Assembly: GCA_963728205.1 (NCBI GenBank)
Contig: CAVSIV010000002.1
Coordinates: 384,001 to 448,000 of the forward strand
Source: an uncultured Chloroflexia bacterium
Lineage (GTDB): Bacteria > Chloroflexota > Dehalococcoidia > UBA2979
Direction of reading: 5' to 3'
Length of the DNA stretch: 64,000 bases
Part shown: one piece after another, positions 28,272 to 41,613 of the stretch
Layout of the letters: each line of letters begins with the position of its first letter
Numbering within the stretch: the first letter of the stretch is position 1
The notes under the pieces: generated by a model
Databases searched by the model: none
Told to the model about the DNA's origin: nothing
Seen by the model: only the letters and a program-made list of their open reading frames with translations
Position numbers and translations under genes: made by a program

Positions 28272-28570
28272 CCTTCTTCTGATAAAAACGTGTTAAACTT
28301 CGCTTAACGCGGCGTGTCGGGAGTGTTCCCCGCGGTTTTCCCCCTGCGCGACCGCTCCGTATACTCGGGGCGAGTCGGCCTTCTCGGGCCCGCGCCTCGG
28401 GATCCGGCTGCGGAGCCGCGGATGACACTCCTGCGGGCCCGGCCCTGTCTCGCGCGCTCGGCGCGGCGGCCACGATCCCTGTGATGAGAACGGCTGCATG
28501 AAGAAGAACGTTCGGGAGCGGGGCGGGGTTCCCTCGCGCGTCCTGCTCCCGTGTCTGCGAGGTATCACCC

Positions 28571-29611
28571 ATGGTTGACCAGCAAGCGGTCCTGGCCGCG
28601 CTGCGGTCCGTCAACGACCCCGAGCTCCACCGCGACATCGTGTCGCTCGACATGGTCCGCGACGTCGCGATCGACGGCGGGAACGTCTCGTTCAAGCTCG
28701 TCCTGACGACGCCCGCCTGCCCGCTCCGCGAGACCATCGACAAGGACGTGCGCGACGCCCTCTCCGGGGTCGCGGGCGTAGAGGCCGTCGAGATCGACTG
28801 GGGCGCCGAGGTGCGCAGCACGGCGCCGCGCGAGGGCGGTCCGAAGCCCATCGCCGGCGTGAAGAATGTGATCGCGGTGGCGTCGAACAAGGGCGGCGTG
28901 GGCAAGTCCACCGTCTCCGTGAACCTGGCGGTCGCGCTGGCGCGGCTCGGCGCGAAGGTCGGCCTGCTCGACGCCGACATCACCGGTCCGAACATCCCCA
29001 CGATGATGGGCATCCAGGGCGGTCTGCAGTCGGACGGCCAGCGCGGCCTGCGGCCGATCGAGGCGCACGGCGTCCAGGCCGTCTCGATCGGCTTCGTGCT
29101 GCCGCCGGGCACGCCCGTCGTATGGCGCGGCCCGATGATCGGCTCGGGCGTCCGCCAGCTGATGCACGACGTCGACTGGGGCGAGCTCGACTACCTCGTG
29201 ATCGACCTGCCGCCGGGCACGTCCGACGCCTCGATGAGCATGTGCCAGGACGCGCTGATCGCCGGCGTGGTAATCGTCTCGACGCCGCAGAAGGTCGCGA
29301 TCGAAGACGCGCGCAAGGCGATCGGCATGTTCGACCGCCTGGGGGTGCCGATCTTCGGCATCGTCGAGAACATGAGCGGCGACATGTTCGGTCGCGGCGG
29401 CGCGCGCGAGGCGGCCGACGAGCTCGGCGTCGAGTTCCTGGGCGAGTTGCCCCTGGACGTGACCATCCGCGAAGGCGGCGACAGCGGCGCGCCCGTCGTC
29501 GCGACGCATCCCGAATCCCCGGTGTCCGAGTCGTTCGTCGAGCTGGCCGAACAGGTCGCGGCGCGCTGCTCGGTGCTCCAGTTCGCCGGCGAGGCCGGCG
29601 CGGTCGCGTGA
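28571..29611 (+). CDS. mrp: Mrp/ApbC/NBP35 Fe-S cluster carrier ATPase
   Basis: DPELHRDIV-L, LTTPACP, KGGVGKST, WRGPM, DLPPGTSD, GIVENMS. Confidence 0.96.
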   Translation: MVDQQAVLAALRSVNDPELHRDIVSLDMVRDVAIDGGNVSFKLVLTTPACPLRETIDKDVRDALSGVAGVEAVEIDWGAEVRSTAPREGGPKPIAGVKNVIAVASNKGGVGKSTVSVNLAVALARLGAKVGLLDADITGPNIPTMMGIQGGLQSDGQRGLRPIEAHGVQAVSIGFVLPPGTPVVWRGPMIGSGVRQLMHDVDWGELDYLVIDLPPGTSDASMSMCQDALIAGVVIVSTPQKVAIEDARKAIGMFDRLGVPIFGIVENMSGDMFGRGGAREAADELGVEFLGELPLDVTIREGGDSGAPVVATHPESPVSESFVELAEQVAARCSVLQFAGEAGAVA

Positions 29612-29639
29612 TCGCGACCACGGAAGGGCCACAGCACTC

Positions 29640-30774
29640 ATGACAGACGACGGGCGCGGTTCGCGCAGCAGCAGCAGTGGCGGGTCGCGCGGCGGCGGGC
29701 GGAGTTCGTCCTTCATCGCCGGGCGGCGACCCGGCGCGGCGAAGAGCGCGGCCGATGACGAGCGCCGCGGCACGACGGGCGACGACGTATCGACGGCGGG
29801 TGCCACGGGCGGACGCGCGGCGTCCGCCTCGGGCGGCCGGCGCGATGGCGCCGCGGACAAGGGCGGCACGGACGAGGCGCGGCCGAAGCGCCGCCGCCGC
29901 CGTCCGGCGGGCGCCGCGGCGCGCGAGGCGGCGGAGGCCGAGGGCGCGCAGGCGGAGCCTGCGCGGCCGGCGACGAGCCGCGCGGCGCGGACCGTGGACG
30001 AGGCGGAGCCGGAGTCGAAGACCGAGCAGCCCGCCGCCTGCGCGCGCGGCCGCGCGGCCCGCGGCGGAGGCCGCGGAGGAGAAGGCCGCCGAGGCGGCGC
30101 GGGCCAGCGCCGCGGCAGGCGCGACGGCGGCCGTCGCCGCCCCCGAGCGCACGACGCGCTCGCGCCCGTCGGCCGACGGCGGCGACCTCACGGCGCTGCG
30201 CAGCCTGATCGAATCGCAGTCGGACATGATCGCGGACCTGCGCTCGAGCTTCGCCACGCTGGAGGCGCGCGTCGAGAACGCGGGGAAGCGTGCGCGCCTC
30301 GGAGTCTTCGTCGACGTGCCGAACCTGCTCTACGGCCAGGACGTCGACGAGAAGCCGATCAACGTCGGCAAGCTGCTCGACTACCTCGCCGACGGCCGCG
30401 ACCTCGTGCGCGCCACCGCGTACTCGCCGGTCTCCGACGACCCCTCCGAGGCGATCGAGCACCAGAAGTTCGTCGCGCCGTTCGTGCCCTTCGAGTACCG
30501 CATCGTGACGAAGCCGCTGAAGCGCTTCGCCGACGGCTCGATCAAGGGCAACTTCGACGTCGAGATGGCGATCGACATGATCACGATGGCGGACCGCCTC
30601 GACGTGATCGCGATCGTCTCGGGCGACGCCGACTTCGCGCGCGCGGTGGAGACCGTGCAGTCGCGCGGGCTGCGGGTCGAGGTCGTGGCGTTCGCGCGCA
30701 GCACGTCGCTGGAGATGCGCGCGCTGGCGGACCGCTACGTGGAGCTGAGCAGGCTCGTCGACCGGCTGCGCTGA
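29640..30774 (+). CDS. NYN (LabA/DUF88) domain protein with long low-complexity N-terminus; +1 frameshift near 30030-30065
   Basis: VFVDVPNL, KGNFDVEMAIDM, VSGDADF, ADRYVEL; N- and C-terminal parts in adjacent frames. Confidence 0.85.
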
Positions 30775-30778
30775 GCGG

Positions 30779-31069
30779 CTACTCCGCGCCCGCGTCCCGG
30801 CGCGGAGGCAGGTCGTCCAGCAGGCGCGGGATGTCGTCCTCGTACTCGTCGAGCCACTCGAGGTCGCGCGGGTTCGGCCGCGGGCCGGAGATGAGTTGCT
30901 GCCCCGACGCGATCGCCGCCACGAACGCGCCCCCGAGCAGCCCCATGCCGGCGCCGAAGAGCAGGCCGAAGATCGGCGTGGGCGTCTGCATCACGAAGAC
31001 GCCGAAGAGGACGCCGACGACGAGGCCGGCCGCGATGATGAAGGTGTGGGGCGCCAGGTAGCGGGACAT
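30779..31069 (-). CDS. Small membrane protein (2 TM, acidic tail)
   Basis: MSRYLAPHTFII..., two TMs; TACCAT -10 box 7 nt upstream. Confidence 0.7.
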   Translation of the reverse strand: MSRYLAPHTFIIAAGLVVGVLFGVFVMQTPTPIFGLLFGAGMGLLGGAFVAAIASGQQLISGPRPNPRDLEWLDEYEDDIPRLLDDLPPRRDAGAE

Positions 31070-31095
31070 GCGACCCATGGTATCGCGGGTCCACC

Positions 31096-31186
31096 GGCGA
31101 GCGGAGGGCGTCCCGCCCTCCGACTTCGCTGGCGGGCTGCGGCGAGATGCGAGCAGAGTCGGAGGGCGGCACGCCCTCCGCTCGCC
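31096..31186. repeat. REPIN-like inverted pair of palindromic units
   Basis: GGCGAGCGGAGGGCGTCCCGCCCTCCGACT and AGTCGGAGGGCGGCACGCCCTCCGCTCGCC are 30-nt inverted arms, each containing a GGAGGGCG/CGCCCTCC hairpin. Confidence 0.75.
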
Positions 31187-31965
31187 TAATAGAGGTCCCG
31201 CAGGTCGAACATCGGACCGTCGTGGCAGACCAGCTTGACGCCGCCGCGGCGCGGGAAGACCGCGCACGAGTAGCAGATGCCGAACCCGCAGCCCATGCGC
31301 GCCTCGTAGAGCGCCTGGACCGGCTTGCGCAGGCCCGAGCGGCGGACGACGTCGTAGAGCGCGCCGAACATCGGGTCGGGGCCGCACGTGAACGCCTGGT
31401 CGCACCACGGGAGCAGGCGCTCGAACGGCGCGGTCACGCGGCCGCGCTCGCCCATCGAGCCGTCCTCGGTCGTCACCACGATCTCGACGTCCGGCGGGAG
31501 AAACGGCGCGGGGTAGATCTGCGTCTCGCTGCGCCCGCCGAGGATCAGCGTCACCTCTCGGCCCTGCGCGACCAGCTCGTCGGCGAGCCAGATCAGCGGC
31601 GCGGAACCGATGCCGCCGCCCACGAGCAGCATGCGCTGCACGCGCGGTCGCGGCTCGAAGCCGCGACCCAGCGGACCCACCATGCGCACGACGTCGCCCT
31701 CGCCCCGGCGCGACAGCCACTCCGTGCCGCGCCCGACAATGTCGAACAGGATCGCCCACTCCGGGCCGCTGTCGCGCTCGCGCAGGCGGTGGATCGACAT
31801 CGCGCGGCCGAGCAGCGGGTCGGCGCCCTCGCCGCAGTACGCCATCACGAACTGGCCGGGCGTGATCGTCTGCAGCTGCGGCCCGCGACGGAACCACAGG
31901 ATGTGCGTTCTGCCGTAGAGGCGCGCGCTCTCCGTCACCTCGGCGTCGAAGCTCGTCGGGCTCAC
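31186..31965 (-). CDS. pyrK: Dihydroorotate dehydrogenase electron transfer subunit
   Basis: [46 protein letters not shown]. Confidence 0.94.
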   Translation of the reverse strand: MSPTSFDAEVTESARLYGRTHILWFRRGPQLQTITPGQFVMAYCGEGADPLLGRAMSIHRLRERDSGPEWAILFDIVGRGTEWLSRRGEGDVVRMVGPLGRGFEPRPRVQRMLLVGGGIGSAPLIWLADELVAQGREVTLILGGRSETQIYPAPFLPPDVEIVVTTEDGSMGERGRVTAPFERLLPWCDQAFTCGPDPMFGALYDVVRRSGLRKPVQALYEARMGCGFGICYSCAVFPRRGGVKLVCHDGPMFDLRDLY

Positions 31966-32656
31966 GCGCGCGCCTCTACGCCCTCGAGCAGCACATCGCC
32001 GACCGCGTCGAGCGCGCGGACGACGTGCGTTGCGCCGCCGGCGCGCAGCTGTGCGTCCGACCGCTCGCCCACGAGCCCGACCACCCAGTGCAGCCCGGCG
32101 TCGCGCCCGCAGCCCGTGTCGAACTCCGTGTCGCCGACGATCGCGGCCTCGACGGGCGCGACGCCGAGCCGGTCGAGCAGCAGCCGCGCGCCGTCGCCCG
32201 CAGGCTTCGGCCGCCCGCCGGAGTCGCGGCCGGCGATCGCGTCGAAGACGTCGTCCCAGCCCTGGACCGCCACCATCTGCCGCCCGCCGGCGACGACCTT
32301 GTTCGTGAGCACGGCGAGGCGCACGCCGGCGTCGTGGAGCCGATCGAGCAGGGCGCGTGCGCCGCGCATCGGCGGCGTGTGCTGGATGTAGTCGCCGTAG
32401 TAGAGGCGCATGAAGTCGTCGTTGACGCGGTCGGCGACCTCGCGCGGGCAGCCGGTCATCTCCTCGACGAGCAGGTTCATCGGCGGGCCGATGCGCGGGA
32501 TCACCGCCGCGGGCGCCACGTCGAACCCGTGCGCGTGCATGGCCTGCGCCATCGCCGCGGCCACCGTGGGCAGCGAGTCCACCAGGGTGCCGTCGAGATC
32601 GAAGATCACGGCCCGGGGCGGCACGTGGCCGCCGGCGGCGCCCGGCGCCGCCGCGC

Positions 32657-32660
<4 letters not shown>
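31962..32660 (-). CDS. HAD-superfamily hydrolase (phosphoglycolate phosphatase/nucleotidase-like)
   Basis: [22 protein letters not shown]; GTG start overlaps the carB stop. Confidence 0.9.
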
Positions 32661-35960
<3,300 letters not shown>

Positions 35961-36007
35961 GTACGGGGCCGCCGAGCCCTGGTATGACGCGGGCGAGTCA
36001 GTCGTGG

Positions 36008-36760
36008 TCAGTTGTGGTACCCCTTGCGATGGTCCGCGCCGAGGAGCGGGATCTCGGCGATGACGTCGATGTCGATGTAGTGGTCGTGCGGCTGGATCGG
36101 AAGCCGCGCCATCTTCATGTGCGTGAGCGGCACCTCGCCGACCTCGAAGTCGCGGTAGCGCTCCAGCACCTCGATCACGCGGCGGCGATCGCCGCGGCCG
36201 GTGAGATACCCGATGTCGATCGTGGGGATGAAGCGATCGCCCTCGGGGGTGAGCAACGGGTCGTCCTTGGCCTTTTGATGCACGACCGGCACACCGAGCC
36301 GGATCTGGCGCCGTGCCTCGCGGTAATTGCCGCCGTCGTCGACGCCGAGATAGATGCGCTCGTCGTCTGCGACGGAGACGCCGGCGAGCCGCAGCGAGAA
36401 CGGCTCGATGCGGCGCAGCCGCGGCGCCGCATTCACGTAGAACGACTCGACCTGCGACCAGAGGATGTCGACGGCGCGCAGGAACCCGACGCGCACGTAC
36501 GTGGTGTGCAGCCAGGACACCGGCGGGACGTCCACCTCGTCGAGCTCCGCCAGTTCCGCGAGCAGCGGCTGCAGCGGGTCGAACAGCGCCGGCGCCTCGG
36601 TACCGAGCGGCTGCAGGAACTCGACGGGGAACTTCCAGGAGAAGGACTCCTCCTCCCAGTGCGCCCAGTAGTCGGCCGGCGGGCCGGTGACGGCGACGAA
36701 CGCCGCCCAGTCCTGCGCGCGCTGCTCGGCGTAGGTCGTCGTCACGTCCGACGTCGTCAT
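36008..36760 (-). CDS. 2H-phosphoesterase (2'-5' RNA ligase-like) fold protein, second motif degenerate
   Basis: WLHTT first HxT motif; FIPTIDIGY where FxPHxT is expected. Confidence 0.6.
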   Translation of the reverse strand: MTTSDVTTTYAEQRAQDWAAFVAVTGPPADYWAHWEEESFSWKFPVEFLQPLGTEAPALFDPLQPLLAELAELDEVDVPPVSWLHTTYVRVGFLRAVDILWSQVESFYVNAAPRLRRIEPFSLRLAGVSVADDERIYLGVDDGGNYREARRQIRLGVPVVHQKAKDDPLLTPEGDRFIPTIDIGYLTGRGDRRRVIEVLERYRDFEVGEVPLTHMKMARLPIQPHDHYIDIDVIAEIPLLGADHRKGYHN

Positions 36761-37230
36761 GCGGACTCCTCGCCGTTCTGGTAGATGGGGAGCTCGAAGA
36801 CGGTGCCCGGGCTCATCAGCGGCACGAGCGCGCCGATCGACGAGAGGAACGACAGCGCCGGCTCGTTGCGCTCGGGCAGGCGCGCGCGGATGCGCTTGTA
36901 GCCGTGCTGCCGCGCGAACGCGAGCGCCTCCTCGGCCAGCGCCGAGCCATGGCCCTGGCGGCGGTTCCGGGCGCGCACCCACGCGCCAAACGTGCTTTCC
37001 TCCGGCTTCGACGAGTCGAAGTCCATCGCGGCGAACGCGACGATGTGACGGCCGTCGTCGACCACGAACATCGCGCCGTGCTCACCCTGGCGCTTGATCC
37101 AGGCACGCACCTCGTCGGGCGTCCATTCGCGCTGGAAGCCGACGGGGTTCGGCTCGGCGACGACCCCCGCGATGATCTCGGCGATCTGCTCGGCGTCGTC
37201 GGGCGTGGCGCGGCGGATGGTTGCGGGCAT
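36757..37230 (-). CDS. GNAT family N-acetyltransferase
   Basis: [19 protein letters not shown] motif A, N-PAL-FL-S-G. Confidence 0.9.
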   Translation of the reverse strand: MPATIRRATPDDAEQIAEIIAGVVAEPNPVGFQREWTPDEVRAWIKRQGEHGAMFVVDDGRHIVAFAAMDFDSSKPEESTFGAWVRARNRRQGHGSALAEEALAFARQHGYKRIRARLPERNEPALSFLSSIGALVPLMSPGTVFELPIYQNGEESA

Positions 37231-37274
37231 CGGTCGCTCTTTCGGGTGCGAGGCGTGGGTGGTCCCGGGGCGGG

Positions 37275-38452
37275 CTACTGGCGGGCCGCCGGACGGCGTT
37301 CCCACTCGGATACTAGCGTCGCCATGAACCGGTCGAACAGGAACTCGGTGTCGTTCGGCCCGGGCGACGCCTCCGAGTGGTACTGGATGGTGAAGACGGG
37401 CTCGGAGCGATGCTGGAGCCCCTCGACCGTGCCGTCGTTGAGATGGACCTGGCTGACGTCGATGTCCGCGCCGAGCCCGGTGCCGTCGATGGCATATCCG
37501 TGGTTCTGCGCCGTGATGTAGACGCGGCCGGTGACCTCGTCGCGGACCGGGTGGTTCGCGCCGCGATGGCCGAACTTCAGCTTGTAGCACGACGCGCCGA
37601 ACACGCGCCCGAGCACCTGGTGGCCGAGGCAGAATCCCCATCAGCGGCGTGCGGCCGACGAGGTCCCGCGCGCTGTCGACCACGTGGTCGAGCAGCATCG
37701 GATCGCCGGGGCCGGGCGAGAGCAGCACGCCGTCGGGGCGCAGCGCCAGGATGTCGCCGGCGGTGGTGGTGTGCGGGACGGCGGTCACGGTCGCTCCGCG
37801 GTTGCGCAGCAGCCGCATGATGTTGCGCTTGACGCCGAGGTCGACGACGACGACGTGCGGCGCAGGGCCGATAGCGCCGGGCGGCGTCGCGGGCGGGATC
37901 GTCCACGGACGGTCGTCCTCGAAGTCGAACGGTGCCGGTGTCGAGACCTCGTGCACGTAGTCGAGCCCGCCGTAGTCGGGCTCCCGGCGCAGCCGCGCGA
38001 GCGCCTGCTCCGCCGGTCTCGTCCGCGGTGATCGTGCCCATCACGACGCCCTGCGACCGCAGGTGGCGGGTCAGCGCGCGCGTATCGACTCCGGCGATCC
38101 CGGGGATGCCGTTGGCCTTGAGGTACTCGTCGAGCGTGTGCTCGCTGCGCCAGTGCGACGGCAGGTCGGTGAGCTCGCGCACGACGAACCCGCGGACCTG
38201 GACGACGCGCGACTCGTCGGTGTAGCGGTTCGTGCCGTAGTTGCCCTGCAGCGGGTAGGTCATCGTGAGGATCTGCCCACGGTAGGAAGGGTCGGTGAGG
38301 CCCTCCTGGTAACCGGTCATCGAGGTGTTGAACACGACCTCGCCGGTGGCGTGCGCGGCGGCGCCGATGGCGTTGCCCTCGAAGACGCGGCCGTCGGCCA
38401 GCACCAGGCGCGCTGTCGGTCGCTGTGGGGACAGGTAGCGGGTGTCCGGCAT
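37275..38452 (-). CDS. carA: Carbamoyl-phosphate synthase small subunit; two +1 frameshifts (about 38015, 37634)
   Basis: GEVVFNTSMTGYQE-LTDPSY, GVDTRALT, SPGPGDP, ICLGHQ after correction, KFGHRGANHPV, QYHSEASPGP. Confidence 0.95.
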
Positions 38453-39795
38453 CAGAGCGCGACCGCCCGTTCCGTCTGGTACACGATCGTTCCTCCCAGC
38501 ACCGTGGCCACCACGCGGCCGCGCAGCGCGCGGCCGGCGAGCGGCGTGTTTCGTCCGCGCGACGCGAAGGTCGCCGGGTCGACCGTCCACTCCGCGTCGG
38601 GGTCGAGCAGGACCACGTCGCCGAGCGCTCCCGGCGCGAGCGTCCCGAGCCCGTCCAGCCCCGGCCGCCGGTCGAGCCCCCAGGCGCGCACCGGACCGGC
38701 CGTCATGCGTTCGAGCAGCACCGGCAGCGAGAGCGCACCGGCGTGCACGAGCCTCATCGACAGCCCGAAGGCGGTCTCCAGTCCGCTGATCCCCGCCGCG
38801 GCGAGGTCGAACTCGATGTCCTTGTCGATCGCGGCGTGCGGCGCGTGGTCGGTCGCGATGGCGTCGATCACGCCGTCGCGCAGCGCCTGCTGCAGCGCCT
38901 CGAGATCGGACTCCTCGCGCAGCGGCGGGTTCACCTTCGCGTTCGTCTGGTAGAGCAGCTCCGCGTACGAGTCGCCGAACGCGACCTCCTCGTGGGTGAG
39001 CGCGAGGTGGTGCGGGGTGACCTCCGCGGTGACGTGCGCGCCGCGCTCGCGCGCCGCGCGGATCAGCGCAACGGAGCCGGCGGTGGAGACGTGGCAGATG
39101 TGCAGGTGCGCACCGGTGAGCTCCGCGAGCGCGATGTCGCGCGCGACGAACGTCTCCTCGGCGCTGGCGGGGCGGCCGCGCAGGCCGAGCCGCGTGGCGA
39201 CCCAGCCCTCGTGCATCTGGCCGTCGCGCACCAGGCGCGGGTCCTCGCAGTGCTGCGCGACGGGCAGCGCGAAGCGCGTCGAGTACTCGAGCGCGTGGCG
39301 CATCAGGCTGGGGTCGGCGACGGCGTCGCCGTCGTCGGACAGCGCGACCACGCCGGCGCCCGCGAGCTCGCCGGCGGGCGCCAGTTCCTTGCCGGCGCGG
39401 CCGTGCGTGATGCAGCCGATCGGCAGCACGCGTACGCGCGCCGAGGCCTCGGCCTCGCGCAGCACCGACTCCACCGCCGCGCGACTGTCGAGCGGCGGCT
39501 GCGTGTTCGGCATCGCGCAGACGGTGGTGAAGCCGCCACGCGCGGCCGCCTCGGTGCCGGTCGCGATCGTCTCCTTGTACTCGAAGCCCGGCTCGCGCAG
39601 GTGCGTGTGCAAATCGACGAAGCCGGGCGCCACGACGAGCCCGCTCGCGTCGATGCGCTCCGCCTCGACGACCATGTCGCCCTCGTCGGGGCCGACACGC
39701 GCGATGCGCCCGTCGACGATCACGACGTCGGCGATGCCGTCGCGCCCGAGGGCCGGGTCGATCACCCGGCCGTTGTGAATGGCGAGCGTGCTCAT
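38452..39795 (-). CDS. pyrC: Dihydroorotase
   Basis: PGFVDLHTHLREPG, MPNT, HCED, HVST, EVTPHHL, KVNPPLR, TDHAPH. Confidence 0.97.
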   Translation of the reverse strand: MSTLAIHNGRVIDPALGRDGIADVVIVDGRIARVGPDEGDMVVEAERIDASGLVVAPGFVDLHTHLREPGFEYKETIATGTEAAARGGFTTVCAMPNTQPPLDSRAAVESVLREAEASARVRVLPIGCITHGRAGKELAPAGELAGAGVVALSDDGDAVADPSLMRHALEYSTRFALPVAQHCEDPRLVRDGQMHEGWVATRLGLRGRPASAEETFVARDIALAELTGAHLHICHVSTAGSVALIRAARERGAHVTAEVTPHHLALTHEEVAFGDSYAELLYQTNAKVNPPLREESDLEALQQALRDGVIDAIATDHAPHAAIDKDIEFDLAAAGISGLETAFGLSMRLVHAGALSLPVLLERMTAGPVRAWGLDRRPGLDGLGTLAPGALGDVVLLDPDAEWTVDPATFASRGRNTPLAGRALRGRVVATVLGGTIVYQTERAVAL

Positions 39796-40895
39796 CGCGC
39801 GTGCTCCTCGTCCTGGCGCGCAGCGGCCGGGCCACCGGGGAGCTCGGTGCCGCCGGACAGCAGGTAGAGCAGCGCCATGCGCACCGCGACGCCGTTCGTC
39901 ACCTGCTCCTCGATGATCGAGTGCGACCCGCGCGCGACCGCGCCCGAGATCTCGATGCCCTCGTTCTTGGGGCCGGGGTGCATCAGCAGGTGGTTGGGAT
40001 TGGCGCGTGCCAGCCGCTCCTCGGTGACCTGGTAGTGCTGTGCGTACTCGTGCAGCGAGGGCAGCAGCCCGCCCTCCTGCCGCTCGCTCTGCAGGCGCAG
40101 CGCCATCACGACGTCGGCGCCCTCGATGGCGCGATCGGCGTCGGTCTCGATGCGCACGGGCGGGAGCGCGCTCTCGGCGTGCGCCGGCCGATCGGCGACG
40201 CGCAGGCCGCGCGGCAGCAGCGTGGGCGGACCGCAGACGACGACGTCGGCGCCCATCGCGGCGAGCCCCCAGAGGTCGGAGCGGGCGACGCGCGAGTGCG
40301 CGATGTCGCCGACCATCACCACGCGCTTGCCGTCGAGCTCGCCGACGTGCCGGCGCATGGTGTAGAGGTCGAGCAGCGCCTGGGTGGGGTGGGCGTGCGC
40401 GCCGTCGCCGGCGTTGATGATCGACGCGTCGGTGTGCGTCGCGGCGAGGTACGGCGCGCCGGCCATGGCGTGGCGCATCACGATCGCGTCGGCGCGCATC
40501 GCGCGCATTGTGCGCACGGTGTCGATCAGCGACTCGCCCTTGACGACGGACGACGTGCTGGCGTTGAGGCTGAGCACGTCGGCGCCGAGCACCTTGCCGG
40601 CGAGCTCGAACGACGCGCGGGTGCGGGTCGACGGCTCGTAGAAGAGGTTGACCACCGTGAAGCCGCGCAGCGCCGGCACGCGGGCGATGCGGCGGTCGAG
40701 GATCTCGCGCATGCGGTCGGCGAGGTCGAGCACCGTCACGATTTCGTCGCGCGAGAAGTTGTCGAGGTCGAGGACGTCGGTGTGCGTCCATGTGATGTGC
40801 CGCGAGCTCGCGGTCTCGCGGGCGTCGCGCGGCGGTTCGGCGGCGGAGGCGCCCGTCGCCTCCGCCGCGAGCTGACCGGTGAGGTTCGTTGTCAT
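39792..40895 (-). CDS. pyrB: Aspartate carbamoyltransferase catalytic subunit
   Basis: FYEPSTRT, KGESL-DT, NAGDG-HPTQALLD, HSRVARS, MHPGP, QVTNGVAVRMA. Confidence 0.97.
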   Translation of the reverse strand: MTTNLTGQLAAEATGASAAEPPRDARETASSRHITWTHTDVLDLDNFSRDEIVTVLDLADRMREILDRRIARVPALRGFTVVNLFYEPSTRTRASFELAGKVLGADVLSLNASTSSVVKGESLIDTVRTMRAMRADAIVMRHAMAGAPYLAATHTDASIINAGDGAHAHPTQALLDLYTMRRHVGELDGKRVVMVGDIAHSRVARSDLWGLAAMGADVVVCGPPTLLPRGLRVADRPAHAESALPPVRIETDADRAIEGADVVMALRLQSERQEGGLLPSLHEYAQHYQVTEERLARANPNHLLMHPGPKNEGIEISGAVARGSHSIIEEQVTNGVAVRMALLYLLSGGTELPGGPAAARQDEEHAR

Positions 40896-41437
40896 CACTC
40901 GATCCTCCCGCGGACGACCTCGACCGCGTCGCGGCCGTCCTCTTCCTGCAGCAGCACGCGCACGTCGTCGGCCCGCGAGGTGGGGATGTTCTTGCCGACG
41001 AGGTCCGCTCGGATGGGGAGCTCGCGGTGGCCCCGGTCGACCAGCACCGCGAGGCGAATCACGGCCGGCCGGCCGTAGTCGTTGAGGGTGTCCATCGCCG
41101 CCCGGGTGGTGCGACCGGTGTAGAGCACGTCGTCGACGAGGAAGACGACCTTGCCCTCAATCTCGGGCAGGGTCGTGGGGCGCGGCGCCTGGCGCAGGCC
41201 GGCGCGCGTGAAGTCGTCGCGGTGCATGGTGACGTCGAGCGCGCCGGTCGCCGGGCGGCGGCCCTCAAACGCCTCGATGGCGTCGGCGAGCCGGTTGGCG
41301 AGCGTGACGCCGCGGCTCTGGATGCCGACCAGCACGACGTCGTCGATGCCGCGGTTCTGCTCGACGACCTCGTGGGCGAGGCGCGTGAGCGCGCGGCGCA
41401 TGCCATCGGCGTCGAGCACGAGGGTGGCGTCAGTCAT
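40895..41437 (-). CDS. pyrR: Pyrimidine operon attenuation protein / UPRTase
   Basis: [38 protein letters not shown]. Confidence 0.97.
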   Translation of the reverse strand: MTDATLVLDADGMRRALTRLAHEVVEQNRGIDDVVLVGIQSRGVTLANRLADAIEAFEGRRPATGALDVTMHRDDFTRAGLRQAPRPTTLPEIEGKVVFLVDDVLYTGRTTRAAMDTLNDYGRPAVIRLAVLVDRGHRELPIRADLVGKNIPTSRADDVRVLLQEEDGRDAVEVVRGRIE

Positions 41438-41470
41438 GGCCGACGCTCCCGGGGGCGACGCCGACGCCAC

Positions 41471-41500
41471 AAAAAACCCTCCCACGGGAGAGGGAGGGTT
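41471..41500 (-). terminator. Attenuator terminator in the pyrR leader
   Basis: AACCCTCCC-loop-GGGAGGGTT followed by a T run on the minus strand. Confidence 0.9.
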
Positions 41501-41560
41501 CGTCGCGATGGCGGGTCCCGCGGTGCGCGGGGGCGTAGTGGCAGGTCACCGAATCTGCGT

Positions 41561-41590
41561 CCTTCCCGGCCTCACGGGACCGGCTTAAAG
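41561..41590 (-). promoter_or_regulatory. PyrR-binding RNA element (anti-antiterminator)
   Basis: CTTTAAGCCGGTCCCGTGAGGCCGGGAAGG matches the CUUUAA...GUCCnGnGAGGC...AAGG PyrR binding loop; upstream of terminator and pyrR. Confidence 0.9.
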
Positions 41591-41613
41591 ACACGCGCTG
41601 TGTCGTTGGATGC

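Noticed and set aside
28244-28308. oriC or a CtrA regulon site
   Set aside because: Only one imperfect DnaA box and no dnaA/dnaN nearby; CtrA is alphaproteobacterial and the gene content does not fit that group
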